Shown here piece by piece: positions 8,227 to 17,625 of a stretch of DNA of 39,315 bases. The position numbers and the translations under genes were made by a program. How positions within the stretch are numbered: the stretch's first letter is position 1; each line of letters starts with the position of its first letter. Origin of the DNA: Xanthobacteraceae bacterium (GTDB lineage Bacteria > Pseudomonadota > Alphaproteobacteria > Rhizobiales > Xanthobacteraceae); NCBI GenBank assembly GCA_049679485.1, contig JBAUGC010000155.1, positions 1 through 39,315 of the forward strand, written 5' to 3'. The notes below the pieces were generated by a model that saw nothing but the letters and a program-made list of their open reading frames with translations, searched no databases and was not told the DNA's origin.

Positions 8227-8718
8227 TCAGGACTCCACGGGATGACGCGTACGGCGTAAGCCGTGGGCGAGCAATGCAGAGACTTTTCGCAACAGCCGCC
8301 CACTCACGCGACCGTCCGCGATAGATCGCCCATTGTAGCCCGTGGTCCAGTCGGTTGCCTCGTTCGCGTTGTCCTGGCCTAGCTGGCCAGCAAAGATTTC
8401 CAGGTGGCTGCGTTCGGGCGGGATGGCCTCAACGCTCTCGGAGCTGCGAACATTTGTCGGCGGCGAAGCGATGAATTCGATCCCGACCTCGTCGTCGCGC
8501 CGCCACACGATATTGCAGCACTGGTGGGGCTGGCCGCGCCGCGACAGGATCAGTTTGAATTTGTCCGGGAGACATTCGATGTCTTCAACGGCAAGCCTCG
8601 CTCCGCTTTCGGACGCGTCAACCACGGTACACTTTTGAAGACGCGCATTGTTGCCGACGTCAATCCATGCCGGCATGTTGAGCTGCTTTCGCGGCCTGCG
8701 GCGGTTGTCGTTACTCAT
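8227..8718 (-). CDS. PilZ-domain protein (c-di-GMP receptor candidate)
   Basis: ORF 8227..8784, trimmed to ATG 8718 (GAAGGGA upstream). It carries the PilZ motifs RRRPRK (RxxxR) and DASESGARL (D/NxSxxG). About 70 aa at the C-terminus have no recognisable domain. Confidence 0.75.
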   Translation of the reverse strand: MSNDNRRRPRKQLNMPAWIDVGNNARLQKCTVVDASESGARLAVEDIECLPDKFKLILSRRGQPHQCCNIVWRRDDEVGIEFIASPPTNVRSSESVEAIPPERSHLEIFAGQLGQDNANEATDWTTGYNGRSIADGRVSGRLLRKVSALLAHGLRRTRHPVES

Positions 8719-9126
8719 CTGGATCCCTTCGTGCAACGTGCAGTTAATCGGCTGCGGGAAACACAGTCCACCAATGGAACCCAAGATGTTTTCGCCGATG
8801 CAAACTAAAATGGCCCATATCGATTCTAATTATCCGCTTGTATGAAGATTCGGCCGCAAAAGCCTCCTGTAAGGGGACGCTTCGCAACGGTAATGGCAGG
8901 TCGCGGTTGCAATGGCATAGAATAAAACGACACGTATTGTCTGAAAGCAAATTTGCATCGTTCCGACAATTGTCGGCATTGCTCACGCCAACGGCTCCGA
9001 TCGGCCGCATTGACACGCATCAAAGCGGGGAGTGTCGGCCGCCGCAGCAGCCTATCGTTCTAGCGCGGACACCAACCGCCGAACGAGGCGCCGCTTCAGG
9101 CTGTCCCTGAGCCGACTAATTTCGCT

Positions 9127-9753
9127 TCACCATTTGGCGCGGGTAGCGAAGAAGATCGACTCCTGCGTTTTCATCTGATTCTGCCAATAAGGCTTCACGC
9201 GCGCCACCCGTTGCCGATGGCTGCTCAGGACAACGTGATGCCAAGTCTTTGCGTATACAACGTGGCGCGTCTCCCGGACATGCACTTGTGTCTTGATGGA
9301 CGCGACGTGGCGCGTTTCCTTCTCATGCAGTTGCGCAAACGCGTGAGCATCGGGCGCGCAGACATATTGACTCGCGGTCATGCCCAGACAATCCCGCGCA
9401 CCGAGGGCCAGATCGATGCGAGCGCCCATAACGCGCGCGACACCGTTCGGTCCGCGGTCGTTGACGCGCACCTGGCAGGTTCGGCCGTTGTGCGGATTTG
9501 TGACCGTGATCGTAGTACCGAGCGCATAGTCGTATGACGCCGCCGTCAGCGCATGCGGATTGAACCGCTCGCCACTGGCCGTGAGTCTGCCGGTGCCGTA
9601 GAACGACGCCAACACTTCGCGATCGGAGCCGCAGCGGCCAGTCTTGTGGACGTACCGATGCACCGTTGCCCAGCCGCCGGCATTAGCCGGCACGGCGAAC
9701 GCAGCAACAAATGCACCAACAAATAACGCTGTGATAATTGATCTCGTTTGCAA
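9127..9753 (-). CDS. RlpA-like lytic transglycosylase / double-psi beta-barrel (DPBB) protein
   Basis: TTG start at 9753 (AAGGGA upstream). Signal peptide MQTRSIITALFVGAFVAAFAVPANA. The RlpA core reads ASFYGTGRLTASGERFNP...TITVTNPHNGRTCQVRVNDRGP. The C-terminal tail is His/Arg-rich and is not a SPOR domain. Confidence 0.8.
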   Translation of the reverse strand: MQTRSIITALFVGAFVAAFAVPANAGGWATVHRYVHKTGRCGSDREVLASFYGTGRLTASGERFNPHALTAASYDYALGTTITVTNPHNGRTCQVRVNDRGPNGVARVMGARIDLALGARDCLGMTASQYVCAPDAHAFAQLHEKETRHVASIKTQVHVRETRHVVYAKTWHHVVLSSHRQRVARVKPYWQNQMKTQESIFFATRAKW

Positions 9754-10019
9754 GGCACGGTTCCCTTCGACGCTTCTGATTTTGAAGAAGGGATTGGCAC
9801 ATCAAACAACGAGACCAAAGAACTTGAAGAGGAAACCATGAATCGTAACCGTTAACGGCGGACCGCTGCGCTGCTCGCGAGGAAATCAGCTCCGTTCGCG
9901 GCGGTGTTGGCTCGCGGTGTTCGCGGTAACCTTCGTTAACATCGGGGGCCGGCGAAGGGCGTTCCACGGAAACAACACTCGAATATACGGGAGGTGACGA
10001 TGGGGAGATTGGCTCTGAT

Positions 10020-10356
10020 CGCGATCGCGGCACTGCTGCTAGTCGCGAGCAGATTGCCGACTTCCGCCGAGCGAAACCGCGTGTTGATGTGAATGGCAAC
10101 CGCCCCGAGCCAAGCGCAGGCAAAAATGGCGGCGAGATAATCGACGCGATTCGGCAACCACAATGCGACCCGGACTCCCGGACCCAATTTCAGGCTGGCG
10201 CAGCGCTACCGCCGCGCGCAGCACACGATCCCGAAACTCGCGCCAATTCACCGTGGCGCCGGCGTCTGTTACAGCCGCGCGTTCCGGATCGCGATGCGGG
10301 CGTTCTAGCAGCGCGCTCAGCGTACGCGGATATTCTGGCCCGTAAGTCTTCCGCAT
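10020..10356 (-). pseudogene. remnant of an AMP-dependent synthetase/ligase (acyl-CoA synthetase family): N-terminal ~110 codons only, frameshifted
   Basis: The frame from ATG 10356 reads MRKTYGPEYPRTLSALLERPHRDPERAAVTD...NWREFRDRVLRAAVALRQ. The continuation LKLGPGVRVALWLPNRVDYLAAIFACAWLGAVAIHINTRFRSAEVGNLL lies in another frame, with one extra nt near 10194. This is the typical start of ANL-superfamily enzymes. No AMP-binding core follows. Confidence 0.6.
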
Positions 10357-10480
10357 CCGGCGTCAATCTCTGTACAGCCGATGACAATCATAGCGTGTCT
10401 GATAGCGAGTTGGACCACTGCCGGTCCGATTGTGCTACAGGTAACCCGATGTCTACCCGCTCGAATGCGGATCCTGGTAT

Positions 10481-11245
10481 TCAGACCATCGCCCGCGCAA
10501 AACGCTCCCGCCATCCCTCACCGGCGAGATAGTGCCGCATGGCGGCCGGTTCGGCGAGATCGCGATCGAACACGACCAGCGAACGCCAGGCTAGCGCCGA
10601 CATGCACGACAGGATCGGCACGCTAGAGCCATTGGTGTAGGCGAGAATGGGCCCGAGCGTCGGCATGCCGGTCCCCAGCATCACCACGGCGTCCACCGTT
10701 TTCAGATCGATGCCCGCCAGAGCATCTTCGGCACGCGCTGCTGGAAGATCGTAGATCGGATGAAACTTGCTGGACGCGTCGAACGCGCCGGCGACCGCGG
10801 CAATCTCAAAGCCGTGCGTGCGCCAATAGCCAACGCTGGCCTCGGTCAAGTCGGGCGGATATGGCGACACCAGCCCGATCCGCTGCGCACCAAAACGCCG
10901 CAGCGCCTCGGCGACGGCTTGGCCTGCTGTCACGAAGGAGATTCCGCGCGCATTTTCGATCGCCTCCACGGCGGCCTGCTCGCGTTTGATCCCTTGCAAA
11001 TAAGACGCGCCGGTGCAGGCAAACGCCACCGCCCCTATCGGCGCGTTGGCGAATTGCGTGATCGTACTTTCCATTGTGGCGAAGTAGTCATCCAACCGGG
11101 CATTGATCGTCAGTTTGTCGCTCACCAGCCGCGCATTGAGGAACGCGTAGCCGGGCGGCATCAGGATCGCAAATTCCGGCTCAACCGTCGTGTTGGCTTG
11201 CGGCGTGAGGACGCCGATCAGCCCTTTGCGCGCATATTCGACCAT
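10481..11245 (-). CDS. Asp/Glu/hydantoin racemase superfamily protein (maleate isomerase / arylmalonate decarboxylase-like)
   Basis: ATG 11245 (GGAG 7 nt upstream). The N-terminus IGVLTPQANTTVEPEF and two candidate catalytic Cys motifs (FACTGASY, ILSCMSALAW) fit the two-Cys racemase/isomerase fold. Confidence 0.7.
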   Translation of the reverse strand: MVEYARKGLIGVLTPQANTTVEPEFAILMPPGYAFLNARLVSDKLTINARLDDYFATMESTITQFANAPIGAVAFACTGASYLQGIKREQAAVEAIENARGISFVTAGQAVAEALRRFGAQRIGLVSPYPPDLTEASVGYWRTHGFEIAAVAGAFDASSKFHPIYDLPAARAEDALAGIDLKTVDAVVMLGTGMPTLGPILAYTNGSSVPILSCMSALAWRSLVVFDRDLAEPAAMRHYLAGEGWRERFARAMV

Positions 11246-11399
11246 GCGTCACTCCGCAGCCCGTTGCTTTGCGCCTTTTGCTTGACCGCCGCCTTTGTCC
11301 TATAAGATATACAAAGTGCCGGCGCGGTTTCAATTAAAGGCTTTTCGCTCGTCTATGCGAAAATCCATGCGGCCGGATTTTTCCCTTGGTCGGAAACGG

Positions 11400-12260
11400 A
11401 TGGTGATGGCGTCGGCTGAGCCTTTGCAGGACGAAATCGCGTCCGCCGTCGCACCGCGTGATAGCGTTTCGGTCAGAGCAACGCCCGCAATTCGCCTCGA
11501 TAGGGTCGAGCGGTGGTACGCCACGCGCGGTGGCCCGGTTCACGCGCTCGCCGCCACCGATCTCGCTATTGCTCAGCGTGAGTTCGTCGTGCTGCTCGGT
11601 CCTTCGGGCTGCGGCAAGACGACGTTATTGCGCATGATCGGCGGTTTGATCGCGCCGAGCCGTGGGCGGCTGCAAGTCATGGACCGGGACCTCTGGAAAA
11701 ACGAGACACGGCAGGCGGCCGCGGTGTCCGACCTCGGCATCGTTTTTCAGGACGCGAACCTGTTTCCCTGGCTCACGGTGGAAGAAAACGTCGCGCTTCC
11801 GCTCGAGCTGAGAGGCGTGCCGAGGCGGGAGCGCCTGAAGCGCGCGCGGGAGCTGACTGCGCTTGTTGGCATCGGCGGCTTTGAAACGCGATGGCCGTAC
11901 GAGCTGTCCGGCGGCATGCGGCAGCGCGCTGCGATCGCGCGCGCGCTGTCGCACGATCCCGACATCCTGCTGATGGACGAGCCGTTCGGTGCGCTCGACG
12001 CCATGACCCGCGATTCGTTGAACATCGAGCTGCAAAATCTCTGGATCCAGACACGCAAGACTATTGTCCTCGTCACCCACTCGATCAACGAGGCCGTATT
12101 TCTGGCCGATCGCATCGTCCTCCTCTCCCCTCGGCCGGGCCGTATCGATACCGTCGTCAACGTCGGTTTCGAACGGCCGCGTTCGCTCGACGTGCAATCC
12201 ACCGAAGCGTTTCAGACGATCGCGAAGGACTTGCGTCATCGCCTCACGGAGATGGCATGA
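11400..12260 (+). CDS. ABC transporter ATP-binding protein (NitT/TauT-type importer)
   Basis: Walker A GPSGCGKTT, signature LSGGMRQR, Walker B ILLMDEPFGALD, H-loop VTHS. The start is uncertain: ORF opens at 11295, ATG 11400 was chosen from typical protein length and codon bias. Confidence 0.85.
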   Translation: MVMASAEPLQDEIASAVAPRDSVSVRATPAIRLDRVERWYATRGGPVHALAATDLAIAQREFVVLLGPSGCGKTTLLRMIGGLIAPSRGRLQVMDRDLWKNETRQAAAVSDLGIVFQDANLFPWLTVEENVALPLELRGVPRRERLKRARELTALVGIGGFETRWPYELSGGMRQRAAIARALSHDPDILLMDEPFGALDAMTRDSLNIELQNLWIQTRKTIVLVTHSINEAVFLADRIVLLSPRPGRIDTVVNVGFERPRSLDVQSTEAFQTIAKDLRHRLTEMA

Positions 12261-13108
12261 CCGATAAAAATCTCGCGGTCGCGCGCTCAGCGCCGGCAAA
12301 CGAGCCGACGCATGCGCAGCGCCGTGATTTCAAGACCTACCTGCCCTGGATCACGACGCCGGCGTTGTGCGTCCTGCTGGTCGCGGTGTGGTGGCTTTAT
12401 ATCGACGTCAGCAAGATTTCAGCGTTCATTCTGCCGACGCCCGTATCGGTCTGGCACGCCTGGATCGGACTTCTTGTCTCCAAGCGCGCGTGGATCGACA
12501 CTGCAATGACGGTCTATGCCACCCTCCTCGGTTTTCTCTGGGCGATGATAATCGGCGTCGGGCTTGGCGTGCTGATTGCGCGGGCGCGCTGGCTTGAACA
12601 GACCCTCAACCCTTTCATCGTCGCAAGTCAGGTCCTGCCGAAAGTGGCGCTGGTGCCCCTGTTCGTCGTCTGGTTCGGCTTCGGCGTGACCTCAAAGGTC
12701 CTGATCGCGGCAACGCTCGCCTTCTTTCCCATCCTCACCAACACCGTGCTGGGCGTGAAATCCATCGACCGCGGCTACGGCGACGTGATGACCAGCTTGA
12801 ACGCGACGCGCTGGCAGGTATTTCGCCGGCTCGAATTCCCCTCTTCGCTGCCGTACATCATCACCGGGATGGAAGTCGGCATCGTGCTGGCGCTGATCGG
12901 CGCGATCGTCGGTGAGTATGTCGGCGGCGACATCGGACTGGGCCACCTCTTGGTCGCGCGCATGAACGCATTCGAGACCGACGGCCTTTTTGCCGTGATG
13001 ATCCATATGACGATCCTAGGATTTTTGTTCTATTTCGCCATCTCACTTCTGCGCCACGTGCTAATCCCGTGGCACGAATCCGTCCGCCGCGGCACGCGCA
13101 ACGCCTAA
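12257..13108 (+). CDS. ABC transporter permease (NitT/TauT family)
   Basis: ATG 12257 overlaps the ATPase stop (ATGA). Multiple hydrophobic segments. An EAA-like loop SLNATRWQVFRRLEFPSSLPYI is present. Confidence 0.85.
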   Translation: MTDKNLAVARSAPANEPTHAQRRDFKTYLPWITTPALCVLLVAVWWLYIDVSKISAFILPTPVSVWHAWIGLLVSKRAWIDTAMTVYATLLGFLWAMIIGVGLGVLIARARWLEQTLNPFIVASQVLPKVALVPLFVVWFGFGVTSKVLIAATLAFFPILTNTVLGVKSIDRGYGDVMTSLNATRWQVFRRLEFPSSLPYIITGMEVGIVLALIGAIVGEYVGGDIGLGHLLVARMNAFETDGLFAVMIHMTILGFLFYFAISLLRHVLIPWHESVRRGTRNA

Positions 13109-13122
13109 ATCAAACGACTGAA

Positions 13123-14337
13123 TTATGAGACAGCGGCGGCTTGACGCAGGCCAGCGATCATTGAGGTGCGCAACAGGTGTACCTCCTGCCGTTCGCGGTC
13201 GGCGGCGATGGCTTGCAAGTTGGCCAGGATTTCGCGGCGTCTGGCCGGATCCTTTTCCCGCATGCGAGCACGATTCGCATCCGCCTGAGCGATGATCTGC
13301 TCCAGAGCCACCGGCCGCCGGCGTCGCTCGTAGAGATCGAGCCGTTCTGCTAATGGCGCACCGGCACGTATATCGCGCAACGCTGCCGCCAATTCGAACG
13401 CGTCGTGGACACCGCCATTAAGGCCCATACCCCCCGATGGGCTGTTCAAGTGCGCGGCATCGCCGGCAAGCGCGACGCGACCGCGGTAGTAGTGCGGCGC
13501 AATGCGCTTGTGCACGCGGTATGGGCGTTTTTCCATGACTTCGTAGCCGGGCCGATGCGGGACGATCTCCTGCAGGCTCGCCTCGATCGCTTCATCGGTG
13601 ATCTGCGCCTCGATCGGCTGATCCTCGCGCGGATAGATCGAGACCCGCCAGCGGCCGGGAACGCGCAGCAGCGAAAAGTTGCCACCAGCCTTCCAGCAAT
13701 AAGCAATGTTGGTCAGTCCTTCGAGGTGATCCTCGAAGGGAAACGTCGTCGTCGCGAGCAACGTCGTTTCCGGATATGTCTCGCCCTCGAAGTCAAAACC
13801 AAGCGCCTGACGGACCACCGAACGTGCGCCATCGGCGCCGATGACGAAACGGGCACGCAGTTTCGCCGGCGCCTCGTCGCCACCCAGATCCAGCGTCACG
13901 CCGGCGTCGTCCTGGGCAACCCCGGTGACTTCGGTCGCGAAAAAAATTTGCGCGTTCGGCTCCTTGCGCAAAGCGTCGAGCGCAAGCCGGGACAACTTCC
14001 ATTGCTCGCATTGCACGCGATAAGGGTGATGCGTCGCGTTTGCGATCACGCCAAGATCGAACACGGCACGGTCACCCTCCGGATGCAGCCGCACCTGCCA
14101 TTGCGGAGAGATCAATCCTTGCTCAATAAGCGATCCAGCAAGTCCGATATCGTCAAGCAGATCGAGCGTCGGCGGATGAAAGGTCGACGCGCGCAGGTCG
14201 GTCTCGACATCGGACGTCTTCTCCAGCAGTGCAGTGGCGACGCCCTGACGCGCCAGCAACAGCGCCATGACAAGACCGACCGGGCCGCCGCCGACCACGG
14301 CCACTTCGAATTCGTGATTTGGTTGCAGGCTTGACAT
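13123..14337 (-). CDS. FAD-dependent aromatic-ring monooxygenase (group A flavoprotein hydroxylase)
   Basis: Trimmed to ATG 14337. GxGxxG VAVVGGGPVGLVMALLLA, DG motif IGADGARSVVR, and GDAAHLNSPSGGMGLNGGVHDA are all present. Confidence 0.85.
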   Translation of the reverse strand: MSSLQPNHEFEVAVVGGGPVGLVMALLLARQGVATALLEKTSDVETDLRASTFHPPTLDLLDDIGLAGSLIEQGLISPQWQVRLHPEGDRAVFDLGVIANATHHPYRVQCEQWKLSRLALDALRKEPNAQIFFATEVTGVAQDDAGVTLDLGGDEAPAKLRARFVIGADGARSVVRQALGFDFEGETYPETTLLATTTFPFEDHLEGLTNIAYCWKAGGNFSLLRVPGRWRVSIYPREDQPIEAQITDEAIEASLQEIVPHRPGYEVMEKRPYRVHKRIAPHYYRGRVALAGDAAHLNSPSGGMGLNGGVHDAFELAAALRDIRAGAPLAERLDLYERRRRPVALEQIIAQADANRARMREKDPARRREILANLQAIAADRERQEVHLLRTSMIAGLRQAAAVS

Positions 14338-14403
14338 TCGCAAGAACTGCCGAAAATCGTACGCTATGATTTTGACAAAACAAGCATCGAATGGAGACTG
14401 CAT

Positions 14404-15417
14404 ATGACCACGCGACGCCACCTCTTCAAGATTGCCGGCGGGCTTGCGGCCGGCGCCGTGATCGCCAAGCCTTATACACGCCCGGCGCGGGCGGCCGAAC
14501 CGCTGACCTTCATGACGCCGTTTGGCTACATCCCAGACTTCCTCGAAATGATGAACATGGTCTCCGGGGGCTTTTTGGCGCAGCAGGGATTTGCACCAAC
14601 ATTGCTCGGTGGCCGGGGAGCGGTGGTAACGGCGCAGCAGCTCATGACCGGAGCGGTTTCATTTGTACGGCTTACCGCGATTGACGAATTTGTCGCAGTC
14701 GCCAAGGGCGCGGCCTTTGTGTCGGTGGCGACGCTATACCAAGGATCGACTTTTCACGTGATCTCGACAAAGGACAAGCCGATCAATGCGGCGGAGGATT
14801 TCAAGGGCAAGACGATCGGCATCGTATCCGTCGGCGGCTCCACGGAGCAGTTACTCGAAATCATGCTGCGCTCGGCCGGGATGACCAAAGCCGACGTCAC
14901 CACTCAAGTTGTCGGCAACAGCCCGGGGGCGATGCAATACCTGCGCCAGGGCCGGATCGATTGCTTCATCAATTCCATCGGCGTGGTCGTGGCGCTGCAA
15001 ACTGCCAACGAGCCGATCGTGCATTGGCCGACGGACCGATACGCGCCGATGCCAAGCCAGATCTACGTGACCACGCGCGATGTGATTGAGAAGAAGCCGG
15101 CGATGGTGGTCGGGTTTCTTAAGGCCCTAAAGGCCTCAACCGACGACATGCTGCACGGCGACCTCAAAGCGATCTATCAGCGCGCCAACCGCGACTTCGA
15201 TATTCCCGGCATGAAGAACCTCGACGAGCTTGTTGCGCTGATGCGTTTCATCATGGCCAATCCCTGGATGTCGCAAGGACGCGAGAATTTTCTGCGCAAT
15301 ATGCCCGAACTCTGGGCAAAAGCTGATAACGGCATTCGCGGCGCCGGCATTGCCGCCGTCCCAAATGTTGACGCGCTCTATACCAACACGTTCATCGAGC
15401 AGGCGCTGAAAGCCTGA
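14404..15417 (+). CDS. ABC transporter substrate-binding protein (NMT1/THI5-like, NitT/TauT family) with Tat-type signal
   Basis: ATG 14404 (GGAG 7 nt upstream). Signal MTTRRHLFKIAGGLAAGAVIAKPYTRPARA. Transcribed divergently from the monooxygenase across a 66-nt spacer. Confidence 0.8.
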   Translation: MTTRRHLFKIAGGLAAGAVIAKPYTRPARAAEPLTFMTPFGYIPDFLEMMNMVSGGFLAQQGFAPTLLGGRGAVVTAQQLMTGAVSFVRLTAIDEFVAVAKGAAFVSVATLYQGSTFHVISTKDKPINAAEDFKGKTIGIVSVGGSTEQLLEIMLRSAGMTKADVTTQVVGNSPGAMQYLRQGRIDCFINSIGVVVALQTANEPIVHWPTDRYAPMPSQIYVTTRDVIEKKPAMVVGFLKALKASTDDMLHGDLKAIYQRANRDFDIPGMKNLDELVALMRFIMANPWMSQGRENFLRNMPELWAKADNGIRGAGIAAVPNVDALYTNTFIEQALKA

Positions 15418-15431
15418 CCTGGAGTTTGCGG

Positions 15432-17622
15432 TCAGGTCGCCCGGCCCGAAAGTGCAGCTTTGACCCGCTTGGGTGTAAATGGCACCCGGCGCAATCTCAC
15501 ACCCGTCGCATCAAACACGGCGTTGCCGACCGCTGCCGCTACCGCCGCGGCAGCGGCCTCGCCGGCACCCAGCGGGCGCTCGTGCCGGCGATCAATCAGG
15601 GCGATGTCGAGTTGCGGCACGTCGGGAAAAGTCAGGATCGGATAACTTGACCAATCGGTGCTGGTCACTTTCGAACGATCGAACGTGACCTCCTCAAACA
15701 GCGTGCGGCTCAGCGTCTGCAGGATGCAACCTTCGACCTGGGCCCGCACGGCGTCCGGATTGATCATCAACCCGCAATCGTGAGCGCAGGCGACACGCAG
15801 CACCCGGACCGCGCCGGTCGAACTATCAACCGCAACATCCATTCCCATGGCAACGTGGTTCTCGGCCTGTTTGTAGTGCACGTAGGCGATGCCACGGCCG
15901 TTGAGCGTCTGGCCGGTGCGGTTGGCGGGCGACTGGCGCGCGGTCCATCGCATCATTTCACCGACGCGCTGCAGCACTTCACGCCCCCGGGGATCGCGCA
16001 GCTGTTGCAGCCGGTAAGCGAGCGGATCGGCGCCGGCGGGCGGCCGCAAGCTCGTCGAAGAAGCTTTCGACGGCGAAGACGTTGCCGATCTTGCCCGGAG
16101 CGCGCAGGTTTGAGGGACGCAACGGCGTGGTCGCCTGCCACTTGATCTCCGCGCGCATATTCGCAATCTCGTACGGGGGATCGGAATTGAGCGAGAGAAG
16201 CCCCGAGAACAGCGCGCTGCCGTCGTCGAGACCGGCTGCGACTGCGCCGAGGAGCGGGATGTCCGGCGACTTCGGCGCGTTTGCGGGCGCCATGGCTATT
16301 GTTTCCCACGCGGCGATTGCACCGCCAGCATCGAGCGTTGCGCGCAAATCAAGGAGTTGCGGCGGGCCCTTCGGATCCCAGGCGTGCTCGTCTTCGCGCA
16401 TCCACTGCACACGCACCGGTCGCCGCAGCTCACGCGACAACAGTGCAGCCTCGAAGGCCACGTCGTCGTTGCCGTTCGTCCCGTAACTGCCTGAACCGTC
16501 CATGTAGATGAGGCGAAGCTTGGCCGCGTCGAACCCAAGGAGCCGCGCGATTGTCTTGCGCAGACGGTGTGTGCCTTGCGATGCAGGCCACACGGTGCCG
16601 CCGCCGTCGCGAATGTCGGCGACCGCGCAGGAGGGCCCCATCGAACCGTGGGACTGGATCGGCCAGACATAGGACGCGTGAAGGATGCGCGACGCCGATG
16701 CGAGAGCCGCGGTTGCGTCGCCGACGCTGCGCATCGTCTCGGTGCGAGCGACCGGGGTTGCGCGCACCGCCTCGAACAAATCATCCGAACCCGGCAGCGT
16801 CGCCGCTTCGCTCCAATTTGCCTTGAGCGTCCGCATGGCGCGCACAGCGTCCCACTCGCGCGGCGCCGCAACGGCCAGAAAGTCGCGCACCCGGACGATT
16901 TGCGCATGCTGGATTGCGACGATCGAGCCGGCATCAACGTCGAGCAATTTCGCTCCGATCGCCGGCGGTCGAATGACTCGCGCATGCCACATGCCTGCGA
17001 CGCGATGGTCCTGAACATAGACATGCCGCGCCGTCAGCTTCGCCGGAATATCAGGCCGCGGATACGACGTGCCGACGATGGTGTAAGTATCCGGATCGCG
17101 CAGCGGCGCGGTTTTGTCGACCTGAACGTTGAAGGTCGCGCCGCCGATCAAAGCCGCAAAGCTTACCGCTTCGCCGCTGCTTCGGCTTGCGACCGCACCG
17201 TCGCGGGTTTCCAAATCCGTCGCTGGCCGATTGAGCCGCGCCGCGCCAAGCGCCAGCAAATGCGCACGGGCGGTCGCCGCTGCTTGCCGGATCTGCACGC
17301 CGCCGACCATGATACCTGTTGAGCCTCCAGTTGATCCCTGATCGGGTGTGAGTGCGGTGTCGCCCTCAATGAGCGCAATGCGCTTTGGCGAGAGCGAAAG
17401 CTCCTCAGCAACGATCTGGCGGATCGCAGCGCGAGCCCCGGTGCCGAGATCGACTTTGCCCGCGAAAACGGTAACACCGCCATCCGGCGCCACGGCGAGG
17501 AAAGCATCGACGCTGTCAGCGGCAACCGTCGTCACGCTGGCTGCCGCAACGCGCGGCAAGCTGAACGCGACCACAAGCCCGGCCGCGCCCTGCATAAGCG
17601 AGCGGCGGCTGACACAGGTCAT
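15432..17622 (-). pseudogene. molybdopterin-dependent hydroxylase large subunit (IorB / aldehyde oxidase-xanthine dehydrogenase family), frameshifted
   Basis: ORFs 15979..17622 and 15432..16166 are two halves of one protein of about 730 aa. It has a Tat signal (SRRSLMQGAAGL). The halves join at ...ESFFDELAAA | AGADPLAYRLQQL, with one extra C in GCGGCCGCC[C]GCCGGC around 16031-16048. Confidence 0.8.
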
Positions 17623-17625
17623 GGC

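Noticed and set aside
8838-9110. ORFs in intergenic spacers: 8838..9110, 8744..9016, 9683..10123 and 18257..18577, plus a 55-codon basic ORF at 18259..18426.
   Set aside because: They lack an SD, have poor codon bias and give low-complexity or Arg-rich products. They lie in AT-richer non-coding stretches.
11282-11322. Possible promoter (TTGACC ... TATAAG) and a TTTGT-N12-ACAAA inverted repeat upstream of the ABC ATPase gene.
   Set aside because: The -35/-10 spacing is only 13 nt and the inverted repeat has 5-bp arms. This is too weak to call.
16031-16048. Programmed ribosomal frameshift in the Mo-subunit gene.
   Set aside because: There is no slippery heptamer (the sequence is GCC GCC CGC CGG) and no obvious downstream stimulatory structure. 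Homologues are single uninterrupted ORFs.
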